Below are positions 18,714 through 26,504 of a DNA stretch of 29,119 bases, in pieces. Position 1 is the first letter of the stretch; every line of letters starts with the position of its first letter. The notes under the pieces were generated by a model that saw only the letters and a list, made by a program, of their open reading frames with translations, ran no database searches and was not told the origin of the DNA. The stretch is from a virus (Duplodnaviria; Caudoviricetes): the IMG/VR virus record IMGVR_UViG_3300020388_000050, positions 1 through 29,119 of that record; one strand, written 5' to 3'. The position numbers were made by a program, and so were the translations under genes.

Positions 18714-18902
18714 TTATTTTATATCCTTGATTGTTTTGATGTTTAAAACGTTGTTTTCTTTATCATTTAGAATGTTTCTTAAATGAGATACAACACTTGA
18801 TTGACCTGCTTTAAACCATATTTGTCGTTCATTATCATTTAAATCAGGCGATTTATTAGGGAATTGTTTTTCTAAATAATCAATTAGTTCTTGCGAAATC
18901 AT
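18714..18902 (-). CDS. Conserved small T7-like protein (gp6.5 position)
   Basis: LIDYLEKQFP...P...IWFKAGQSSVV pattern. ATG at 18902 is preferred over TTG 18914, which falls inside the promoter-like motif. Confidence 0.65.
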   Translation of the reverse strand: MISQELIDYLEKQFPNKSPDLNDNERQIWFKAGQSSVVSHLRNILNDKENNVLNIKTIKDIK

Positions 18903-18909
18903 AGTTATA

Positions 18910-18926
18910 TCCAAGAGAGCAACTAT
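18910..18926 (-). promoter_or_regulatory. Candidate phage RNAP promoter (phi6.5 position)
   Basis: ATAGTTGCTCTCTTGGA, 14/17 identical to the copy upstream of SSB. Confidence 0.6.
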
Positions 18927-19255
18927 TTAGCTTGTATTTTTAGGGGGATAGGTACTACTTTAAGTACATTTTTGGTAGGAATGACCATAGTATTACCACC
19001 TTCAGCAATAACATATCGTCCATTTTTTTCATCGGTAGTAAAATCAGATGCTAATATAAAAGCATCTTCTGTCTTATTTATTAAGAAACCAACACTTAAA
19101 CATATTGTTGGTAGCATTTGTTCAATAGTCGTTAACTCGTTCCAACTACTGTCACTATTTGCGTCTTCCCAAAGTACAAAAACAAATTTATACTTCGGTG
19201 GGTTTTGACTGATCCAATGTAGGATCTTCTTTAGTAATTTTTTCATCTGTTTCAT
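18923..19255 (-). CDS. Hypothetical phage protein (WxDA...W...C.SVGFL family)
   Basis: Motifs VLWEDANSDSSW, CLSVGFL and MVIP. GAGGA RBS 5 nt before ATG 19255. Confidence 0.7.
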   Translation of the reverse strand: MKQMKKLLKKILHWISQNPPKYKFVFVLWEDANSDSSWNELTTIEQMLPTICLSVGFLINKTEDAFILASDFTTDEKNGRYVIAEGGNTMVIPTKNVLKVVPIPLKIQAK

Positions 19256-19436
19256 CAATTTCCTCTAATGTTGATCGAGTTTCTCTTTTTTCTAAAACTG
19301 TAAAAATTGCTTTATTACTTGGTGGAAAACTTAAATTAAGATTAGGTGTTTTAGCATAAAATACATCTTCCATAAGTATATCAGCACTTATGTATGTTTT
19401 CTTTTTCCATTTTTTTACTTTTGTAATATTACTCAT
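19188..19436 (-). CDS. Hypothetical protein
   Basis: 82 aa. Start overlaps the upstream stop with an AAGG RBS, and it fills the operon gap. Confidence 0.6.
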   Translation of the reverse strand: MSNITKVKKWKKKTYISADILMEDVFYAKTPNLNLSFPPSNKAIFTVLEKRETRSTLEEIDETDEKITKEDPTLDQSKPTEV

Positions 19437-19704
19437 TTTCTTTACCTTTTTCTTTTATAGGCTGTAAAGAACCATCATCATCAATTAAACTATCTACACT
19501 TTCAGTGTATATTTCATTTAATCTTTCATTGTTTCTTTGTATTTTCTTTTTAAGATGATCCTTTAAGTCTTGAATTTTAACATACAACATTTTATCTATT
19601 GTAGGATTTATTCCATACATAGGTAAATCATTTAATGAAGATATAATTCTTCTAAATCCTCTTGCTCTTTTTTCTAATTGTACTATTTGTTGTTCTTTAA
19701 TCAT
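19429..19704 (-). CDS. Hypothetical coiled-coil protein
   Basis: 91 aa, GAGAGGG RBS, overlapping-coupled in the operon. Confidence 0.65.
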   Translation of the reverse strand: MIKEQQIVQLEKRARGFRRIISSLNDLPMYGINPTIDKMLYVKIQDLKDHLKKKIQRNNERLNEIYTESVDSLIDDDGSLQPIKEKGKENE

Positions 19705-19936
19705 AATCCCTCTCTATTATCATTTCTAAATAATGAATTGCTTTTTCTATATCTTTACGTTTTCCTTTTTTAGAGTGTCTGCAAATGTACTTAATTGCAT
19801 TGCCTTCAGCGAATAATAATTTATTTTCATTTATAAACTGAGCAGGTTGGATTTTCATGCCTTTGTAATGATCTCCATCAACTTGTTTGTTTAATGAGTC
19901 ATAGGTCATATCTTTAAATATATCTTTACTTACCAT
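19697..19936 (-). CDS. DUF3310 family protein (related to T7 gp1.7 nucleotide kinase)
   Basis: QVDGDHYK...IQP...F...GNAIKYICR...K...DIEKAIHYLE signature. ATG 19936 has a GGAG RBS. Confidence 0.85.
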   Translation of the reverse strand: MVSKDIFKDMTYDSLNKQVDGDHYKGMKIQPAQFINENKLLFAEGNAIKYICRHSKKGKRKDIEKAIHYLEMIIERDYD

Positions 19937-20681
19937 TACCACTCCACAATATAGGTTGCTTCTTTTTAAAATCGTAATCAGTACTTCGTAATATACGAGC
20001 TAGTCTAGCTTGTACTAACGCATCATCATCAGTTAAACCCTGTTCTCTGTAACAATCTTTAACGACTTTCCATAAATTCTTTTTATTTGTAAGAGTCTTT
20101 TTAGTTTTTACTTCTCCATAAGTAGGTGCACCCTTATAATTATCTGTAGAGTCACCAACTAAACATTGATAATAAAAATTATAATCTGCTTGTTTCTTAG
20201 TAATACCATAAAATTCTTTTAGTGTTGGATTGTAATGTAATCCTGCTATTTGATTTAAATCTTTATCAATACTACAAATAATTTTATTACCTTTAATTAT
20301 TTTAGATGTTGCAAGTATTCCAAGTATATCATCAGCTTCTAATCTAGGTCTTACATAGCCATTATAGTTTTTAGATATATAGTCACGACAAAAAGATAAA
20401 GTTAGTGGCTTACGTTGTTTAGTTCTATTTAATTTATAATCAGGATATATTTCTTTTCTAAAATTATCTTTATCGCTAAAAGCAGATATGATTTCTTTAC
20501 ACTGTGTATCTTGTTTTAAAGTATTGTAGTAATCTTTGATTTTTCTTACGCAATCTAATTCATCACTATGTAATGTCCATATTGCGTATTCATCTTCTTC
20601 TTTACCCCATCTTATCGGCTCCTCTGTTGAGAAAGCAACTTGATAAGCTACTACGTCTGCGTCAACTAATAATGTACTCAT
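19926..20681 (-). CDS. gp6: 5'-3' exonuclease
   Basis: LLVDAD, NFRKEIYPDYKLNR, LEADD, SIDKDL, GDSTDNYKG and QARLARIL match the T7 gp6/FEN family. Confidence 0.95.
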   Translation of the reverse strand: MSTLLVDADVVAYQVAFSTEEPIRWGKEEDEYAIWTLHSDELDCVRKIKDYYNTLKQDTQCKEIISAFSDKDNFRKEIYPDYKLNRTKQRKPLTLSFCRDYISKNYNGYVRPRLEADDILGILATSKIIKGNKIICSIDKDLNQIAGLHYNPTLKEFYGITKKQADYNFYYQCLVGDSTDNYKGAPTYGEVKTKKTLTNKKNLWKVVKDCYREQGLTDDDALVQARLARILRSTDYDFKKKQPILWSGNGK

Positions 20682-20992
20682 TATCCATTTCCTTTTGGTT
20701 TTATTTTATTAAGATTTACGTGTATGACATTGCCATCACGATTTTTAATTTTGTTTCTAAAATCATCTTCATCAAAATCTTTTTCTTCAGCTTCTATCAA
20801 AGGTAATAAACCAAGATAAGCACCATGCTTTTCTATTGTTTTTAAAAATCCTGATAATATTGAACCAACTTGAACAGATGGACTATTAAGCATATCTTCG
20901 GGGTGTTCTCCGTCAGAATACTTTTCAAAGATACTATATTCTATCTTATCTTTGTCATCTTTCCTGTCGTGTAAAACTATAATAACTTGCAT
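20681..20992 (-). CDS. Hypothetical protein
   Basis: Start re-called to ATG 20992 (AAGGA RBS). TAATG-coupled to the exonuclease. Confidence 0.65.
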   Translation of the reverse strand: MQVIIVLHDRKDDKDKIEYSIFEKYSDGEHPEDMLNSPSVQVGSILSGFLKTIEKHGAYLGLLPLIEAEEKDFDEDDFRNKIKNRDGNVIHVNLNKIKPKGNG

Positions 20993-21339
20993 TTTATATC
21001 CTTTAGTTTTGCCCACCAAGCGTCTGCGATCTTGTACAAATCTATTGGTTGTTTAGCGTTTCCTTTTCTAACATTACAAGAATGACAAATGATCCATATA
21101 TTATCTTTCTCATAACCTTTATTAATATCTAGCCTATCTACTGAGGGAGAGTTTTTTTGTTTACCTTGTGGTACCAAAACAGTTTGACAACAAGGACAAT
21201 GACTTGGAGTTAATAAAATTAACTCGTCTATTGATAAACCACAATCGTGACCTTGACGTATCCGTTGATTGCATAACGCATTCGATGCCCACTTTCTCCA
21301 TTTTTTGTTAATGGGTTTGAGCCCAGTTTTTTCCAACAC
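20977..21339 (-). CDS. HNH-like (beta-beta-alpha-Me) Zn-finger endonuclease
   Basis: CPCC...SPSVDRLDINKGYEKDNIWIICHSCNVRKG. GTG start with GGAG upstream, overlapping the 3' end of the polymerase gene. Confidence 0.75.
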   Translation of the reverse strand: MLEKTGLKPINKKWRKWASNALCNQRIRQGHDCGLSIDELILLTPSHCPCCQTVLVPQGKQKNSPSVDRLDINKGYEKDNIWIICHSCNVRKGNAKQPIDLYKIADAWWAKLKDIKCKLL

Positions 21340-23062
21340 GGTATTCAGCTCCCAATGGTACCCTTAATTTAAAGTGATGCCCTGCCTCTTGTATACTTTC
21401 TACCGCTAACTTTCCTACTTTATCTGCAAGTTCGGGTTTAGTTTCTATTTGAAATTCATCGTGTATGTTTGCAATTACAAATGCGTCTATACCTTTTAAT
21501 TTATCCCAAAGTATAGTTAATGCTTTTTTCATAACTATTGCCCCGCAACTTTGGATCAACGCATTTAAACTCGAATGAGCACTTCGTATTGTAAGTATTC
21601 TTTGATCAATAGCTTTTATATATCCTGTGCTTTCTAATTTATAAATTATATCGTGTTTTATTTCTTGTAAGAAAGGCAACACTTTATAAAACTTTTCTAA
21701 TACTTCTTTAGCTTGAAAAATTGTACAGTCTAATATTTCTGAAACTCGTCTAGCACTAGCTCCATATAAAACTGCATAAAGAATAGTTTTTGCTAGAGCC
21801 CTAGATTTTAAATCTAAATTCTTTTGATTATATGTGTGTATGTCGCCATTTAAAATTAAATCTACATACTCTTTACCACCTGTGTAATTATAAATGTAGT
21901 GTGCAAGACATCGAGCTTCTAATCCTGACGCATCGCACCCTACAAGTACATAACCTAAAGAGGGAATAAAAAGCTCACGGCATTCTTTGCCGTAAGGAGA
22001 ATTTATACTAGGCACCTGCTGTAAGTTAGGTGACCTACTACTCATTCTGCCTGTAGTTATGTTCGTTATATAATTAGTATGTACTCGTCCATTCTTAACA
22101 ACTTTTAACCAAGCGTTTTTACCATCACTTAACATACCTAATCTTTTTTCAATTAATAAATATTCGTTTAGTTCTTTAGCTTCAGGATAATCTAAATGTC
22201 CTAATGTTTCTTCGTCTACTATTGGTAATCCTGTTTCAGAAAACTTTTTAGGTTTCCAGTTTCTTAATTCCATAAGTCTATTTGATATGTGTTGACGACT
22301 AGATGGATTAAACTTCATTGTTTTAGATTTTCTAATAGCTACACCTTTTTTATAACCAAGTTTTTTGTTATTAACTTTTGGTATAAATTCACCAAGATCT
22401 ACCTGCCAATCAGGAAATCTACTTTCTAAACTTAATTTAAGATCATGTGTTCTACCTAATAATTTAACGTGTAAATCTTGTGCTTTACTTTCATCAAAGC
22501 CAAATCCTTTTTCTTCTTGTTGTTTAAGTATGTTTGCTATCTCGTGTTCTAGATCTATACTTTCTTGACTAAATCCTTTTTCTAATAATTTTTTATAAAG
22601 TAATGATGTAAGTTTTACATCTTGAATACAATATTCAAGCATAGCAGGAGTAAAAGTATCAAAGCTATATATCTCTGCAAAATCACCTTTATGAAAATTT
22701 AATCTTTGACCCCAAGCTTTTAAACTATGTTTTCCAACTGTTGATCGTTCAATGCGATCACTTGCTAACAACTTATAATCTACGCTATTTGCGATGTCAG
22801 GGTAGATAAGACGGCTTAAACATAGAGTGTCGTGTACTAGATCAGGGCTATGATCATAGTCATACAAACGTTTAAGTACAGGAAGGTCGTACTTAATTAC
22901 GTTATGTCCCACGATTAAATTGTCAGCAAGTAAATCAATACCTTTCGGTATATCCCGTCCAACGAACGAAATTTCTTTTCCATCTTTTTGTAAGACTAGA
23001 CAATGTACCTTTGATGGTTTTAGACCATCTGTTTCTATATCAAAAATTATTGGTTGTTTCAT
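21308..23062 (-). CDS. gp5: DNA polymerase, family A (T7 gp5-like)
   Basis: Start re-called to ATG 23062 (584 aa). ExoI FDIETDG, ExoII GHNVIKYD, ExoIII YCIQDV, motif A DASGLEAR, motif B RALAKTILYAVLYG, motif C IHDEFQ. Confidence 0.97.
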   Translation of the reverse strand: MKQPIIFDIETDGLKPSKVHCLVLQKDGKEISFVGRDIPKGIDLLADNLIVGHNVIKYDLPVLKRLYDYDHSPDLVHDTLCLSRLIYPDIANSVDYKLLASDRIERSTVGKHSLKAWGQRLNFHKGDFAEIYSFDTFTPAMLEYCIQDVKLTSLLYKKLLEKGFSQESIDLEHEIANILKQQEEKGFGFDESKAQDLHVKLLGRTHDLKLSLESRFPDWQVDLGEFIPKVNNKKLGYKKGVAIRKSKTMKFNPSSRQHISNRLMELRNWKPKKFSETGLPIVDEETLGHLDYPEAKELNEYLLIEKRLGMLSDGKNAWLKVVKNGRVHTNYITNITTGRMSSRSPNLQQVPSINSPYGKECRELFIPSLGYVLVGCDASGLEARCLAHYIYNYTGGKEYVDLILNGDIHTYNQKNLDLKSRALAKTILYAVLYGASARRVSEILDCTIFQAKEVLEKFYKVLPFLQEIKHDIIYKLESTGYIKAIDQRILTIRSAHSSLNALIQSCGAIVMKKALTILWDKLKGIDAFVIANIHDEFQIETKPELADKVGKLAVESIQEAGHHFKLRVPLGAEYRVGKNWAQTH

Positions 23063-24626
23063 ATTCTTGTAACCTTCCTGTATCTGAATTGTATTGAAGT
23101 GTTGTTCCAATACCTGTGATACCTGCAAATCTATTTTTTAAAATTCTAACTAAAGTTTTCTTTCCATTCTCTTGATCAGAGAGTGATCTTTCTACACCAA
23201 CACAAATGTCACTTAATTGTGCAATACTTGCACTACCTCTTAATTGTCCTAGTGAAGTTTTTAAGCCATCAGTATGATCTTTATTTCCTTCGGGTCGTTT
23301 AAGATGTGAAATAATTATTACACCAATATTTAATTGTTCTGTTAATGCTCTTAATCTTGTCATTAACAAATCAATTGTTTTTCTTTCATCGTTAGTTTCA
23401 AGGCCACTAACAATAATTGATATGTGATCTATAAATAAATATTCTATGTCTAATGCTTTAGCAAAATACTTAATTTTATTTAATATTGTATTTTCTTCTA
23501 CAGATCCCCAATGATCATATAAAAATACGTTACCATTACCGATTGTTTCTTTGTATGCTTGTTCTAATTCTGTTTCAGAAACTTTATCTCTGTCTATATG
23601 AATAGGTTTATTTAAATGTAATCCTAATATACCCTCACAAGTTCTCTTTAAACTTTCTTCAAGAGATATAATCCCTATTCTTTTTCCTTTTTTTATTAAA
23701 TGGTAAGCAATTTCTTTAGTCATTAACGACTTACCAATTCCTGAACCACCACATATTGTGACTATTTCTCTTTTTCTAATACCAAATAGTTTTCTATTTA
23801 GTCCTTCATAAGGATAAAAAGCTGTCGCTTTCTCATCTTCTTTTTTAATTACTTCCCAAAGCTCCTCACCTGCAACTACACCATCAGGTCGGTAAGTCTT
23901 AGCTTCCCACATAGCTTTTATTACGTCTGAACCTAAGCCGTGTACTAACATTTCATTCACGTCTTTTAGTTCAAAGTTTGCTATTTTAGCTTTACCTACT
24001 GATAACAGTTCAGCACATTTCTTTGCACATTCTTGACCCGCATCATCTTGGTCAAAGAAAAATATTACAGATTCATAGCTTTCAATAAATTCTAGTTGCT
24101 TCTTTAACGACTTAACTGCCCCGTTAACTCCGTTAGGAATACCAACAACACTATATTTATGATTGAAAAGTTGAGATAAACTTAACGTATCTATCTCGCC
24201 CTCACAAACACATAAAATTTTAGCATTACCACTCCATAGGTTTTGGCCATATAGTGTAGCTTGGCTTATATCTCCAAGTGTTTTAAATTGTTTATCTTTG
24301 TATCTTAATTTTTGAAATACAGGTTTTTTACTTTTGTCGTAATAAGTTGCTACTTGTACAGGCTCATCATTAACTTCTGTAATTTTGTAATCCCATTTCT
24401 TACAGGTTTCCAAAGTAAGTTTTCTCTTTGGTAAACTAATTGCTTTACCTTGTAATAAATCTGTCCTAGTACTGCTTGTAGCCACCATATTATTATCATT
24501 CCCCCTAGTAGTAGTGTTGCAAACAAAACAAAAAGTGTGACCATCAGAATAGAGTGCCATTCCGTCAGACGAGGAACAATGTGTACACGGTAAATGTTTA
24601 ATAAACTCGCTGTCATCATTATTCAT
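23040..24626 (-). CDS. gp4: DNA primase-helicase
   Basis: Zn ribbon CTHC...CFVC, TOPRIM EGEID and FDQD, Walker A GGSGIGKS, IDHI and LRGSASIAQLSD. Confidence 0.97.
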   Translation of the reverse strand: MNNDDSEFIKHLPCTHCSSSDGMALYSDGHTFCFVCNTTTRGNDNNMVATSSTRTDLLQGKAISLPKRKLTLETCKKWDYKITEVNDEPVQVATYYDKSKKPVFQKLRYKDKQFKTLGDISQATLYGQNLWSGNAKILCVCEGEIDTLSLSQLFNHKYSVVGIPNGVNGAVKSLKKQLEFIESYESVIFFFDQDDAGQECAKKCAELLSVGKAKIANFELKDVNEMLVHGLGSDVIKAMWEAKTYRPDGVVAGEELWEVIKKEDEKATAFYPYEGLNRKLFGIRKREIVTICGGSGIGKSLMTKEIAYHLIKKGKRIGIISLEESLKRTCEGILGLHLNKPIHIDRDKVSETELEQAYKETIGNGNVFLYDHWGSVEENTILNKIKYFAKALDIEYLFIDHISIIVSGLETNDERKTIDLLMTRLRALTEQLNIGVIIISHLKRPEGNKDHTDGLKTSLGQLRGSASIAQLSDICVGVERSLSDQENGKKTLVRILKNRFAGITGIGTTLQYNSDTGRLQEYETTNNF

Positions 24627-24843
24627 TTAGAGGTATCCACCTTCCTGCGTTAAGGCGATCATCTTCTACCTTTTTAAGTTGTTGTTTTAATTCTGTGTTT
24701 TCAGATTGAAGTACACCATTTAATTTTTGATGTGCTTCACTAACAGCTTGGCTATCTTTAACTCGTTTATAAAGAGCCCGTATCTGTTCATCTTTTTCTT
24801 TTATTAATTTATTCCATTCGTCTGTTGTTTTTTGTATTTTCAT
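24619..24843 (-). CDS. Hypothetical coiled-coil protein
   Basis: 74 aa with a GAGGAAGGA RBS. Occupies the slot where T7 has gp3.5 but shows no amidase motifs. Confidence 0.7.
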   Translation of the reverse strand: MKIQKTTDEWNKLIKEKDEQIRALYKRVKDSQAVSEAHQKLNGVLQSENTELKQQLKKVEDDRLNAGRWIPLNE

Positions 24844-25258
24844 AATCCTTCCTCGTTATCCAATCATTAGGAATAACTTTGTCAGCAAATACAAATCCGT
24901 GTTTATTACACCAATCTGCATAACTTGTTTTAGATCCTTTGTAGATTTTGTTTCTAGAATTACCGAATACAAATCTAATATCTAAATCAGGTTGTTGTTC
25001 CTTGACTAACAAATGTTTTTTCCTATCTTCCCTTTTAAAAAAACCTTTGATCTCAATTAACACTCCGTTATCTAATTCAATATCGGGTGTATATTTATGT
25101 TTCGTTGAAGGCTTGAAGTAACAAACCACTCGTTTCTCATACTTAAAATTAATGTTTCTTTGTTTTAAGTTATTGATAACGTTTTCTTCAAGCCCACTCC
25201 GATAACTAGAAGTCCGCTTCTTGCGATACGGGTGCTTCTTTTTTCCCACTAGGTACAT
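24809..25258 (-). CDS. gp3: Endonuclease I (Holliday junction resolvase)
   Basis: YRSGLEE, YTPD, IEIKG, DRKKHL, LDIRFVF and SYADWC match T7 gp3. Start uncertain; ATG 25258 gives 149 aa. Confidence 0.93.
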   Translation of the reverse strand: MYLVGKKKHPYRKKRTSSYRSGLEENVINNLKQRNINFKYEKRVVCYFKPSTKHKYTPDIELDNGVLIEIKGFFKREDRKKHLLVKEQQPDLDIRFVFGNSRNKIYKGSKTSYADWCNKHGFVFADKVIPNDWITRKDYENTKNNRRME

Positions 25259-25799
25259 TGGAAACCTTTTCCTCTCCAAAGCCATAATCATAATCAGAAG
25301 ATTTTTTATCTCCGTTTGATTTTGGTTTCTCGGATACAACTTCAATTAATTGAACAGCTTTCAGTCTTAAACTTACTCCCACTCCTTGTAAGTTGTTATG
25401 CCAAGATACAGCTTGAAAGGCGATCTTCATTTTACTGCCACTATATACAGGTTGTTCTTCTGCTACAGTTTTGTCGGCATTTAAAATCTTCGGTCTTTGC
25501 TCGAAGTCAGTTCCGTCCCTCATTGTTACCTTTTGTTTGAGTTTAAATTTAAACTCTATGCCACCATCTTTTAAAACTTTGTATTGATTATGTGCTGATC
25601 TTTTGTCAGTATTTTCTTTTTGCTGACGTGCTTTCAACGTTTCCTCATACACTTTTACAAATGGTTTAGCTTCACTATCAGAAAGTATTAACTTTACAGA
25701 AAATACTCCTGCTTTTTCAAATTGCGTATCTGCCGTAAAAATATACGGATAATTCGCAACACCAACGGGTGTCGTATGGATTTTCTTTTCGTCTATCAT
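25206..25799 (-). CDS. gp2.5: Single-stranded DNA-binding protein
   Basis: TTPVGVANYPY, FKFKLK, GVSLRLKAVQLIE and a C-terminal ...EADF. GGAGG RBS. Confidence 0.92.
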   Translation of the reverse strand: MIDEKKIHTTPVGVANYPYIFTADTQFEKAGVFSVKLILSDSEAKPFVKVYEETLKARQQKENTDKRSAHNQYKVLKDGGIEFKFKLKQKVTMRDGTDFEQRPKILNADKTVAEEQPVYSGSKMKIAFQAVSWHNNLQGVGVSLRLKAVQLIEVVSEKPKSNGDKKSSDYDYGFGEEKVSNVPSGKKEAPVSQEADF

Positions 25800-25811
25800 A
25801 TGTGTTTTACC

Positions 25812-25828
25812 TCCAAGAGTGCCTCTAT
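25812..25828 (-). promoter_or_regulatory. Candidate phage RNAP promoter (phi2.5 position)
   Basis: ATAGAGGCACTCTTGGA, running into the GGAGG RBS of SSB. Confidence 0.6.
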
Positions 25829-25869
25829 GTTTGTTCTCCTTTGTGAGAATTTATTGAAAGCGAGACTAT

Positions 25870-26076
25870 TTACTTACAATAAAAACCTTGATAAGTTCCC
25901 TTATCATTATTTAAATACCAACCTTGACCTTTTGGATTATCCCAACTGTGTTTAGCATTTTTGTTACGCCACTTTTCAGCATAATCATAACACTTATCTA
26001 AACTATTAAATACTTTTGGTAGCGTAGCTTGTATTATAGTTCCATTAAACATTAATAATAACAAAGTTAGTTTCAT
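25870..26076 (-). CDS. Small hypothetical protein with hydrophobic N-terminus and two Cys
   Basis: 68 aa, MKLTLLLLMF...FNSLDKC...GFYCK. Starts 2 nt after the upstream stop. Confidence 0.65.
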   Translation of the reverse strand: MKLTLLLLMFNGTIIQATLPKVFNSLDKCYDYAEKWRNKNAKHSWDNPKGQGWYLNNDKGTYQGFYCK

Positions 26077-26078
26077 AA

Positions 26079-26450
26079 TTATTTTGGAAAATCATCATAT
26101 TCTCGCCACTCATAGTATTTTTCTTTTTTATTTGTAATTATGTTTAAAGATTTTAAGTCTTTCTTTTTAGGATAAATATATCCAAAGACACCTTTGTCTA
26201 TTTCTTTAAACTCATAACCCGCACCAAGTTCAATACGATTTGCATTACGCAAATCATCAGGATTAACTTCGTAAAGTTCTCCCTTAATTTTATATTGCGA
26301 ATCTTTTTTTTCCCATACCAACGGAAACCAAAAACCCGTCATCATAAAACCTTTTCGTTTTGTAATATAAGTTCCTATCTTTTTACTTTTAGATAATACG
26401 TAATTTAGTGCGTACCCTTCTTTAAGTGTTCCATATACAAATAGTTTCAT
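26079..26450 (-). CDS. Gamma-glutamylcyclotransferase-like (GGCT/AIG2/YtfP family) protein
   Basis: N-terminal LFVYGTLKEG loop, FP, and GELYEV...RIE...Y with the conserved Glu. Confidence 0.85.
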   Translation of the reverse strand: MKLFVYGTLKEGYALNYVLSKSKKIGTYITKRKGFMMTGFWFPLVWEKKDSQYKIKGELYEVNPDDLRNANRIELGAGYEFKEIDKGVFGYIYPKKKDLKSLNIITNKKEKYYEWREYDDFPK

Positions 26451-26504
26451 TAGTGCCCTTTCTGTTTTTTGTTATATATTATTTAGTATCGCTTTCGCAA
26501 CTAT

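Noticed and set aside
11568-25345. Longest-ORF starts at 12092, 21019, 23128 and 25345
   Set aside because: They extend deep into upstream genes. Downstream ATGs with an RBS or TAATG coupling fit the family N-termini better.
26474-26503. GAAA-tetraloop hairpin after RNAP as an early terminator or fourth promoter copy
   Set aside because: The stem is short and bulged with no U tract. It shares ATAGTTGC with the motif but lacks the TCYTRGA core.
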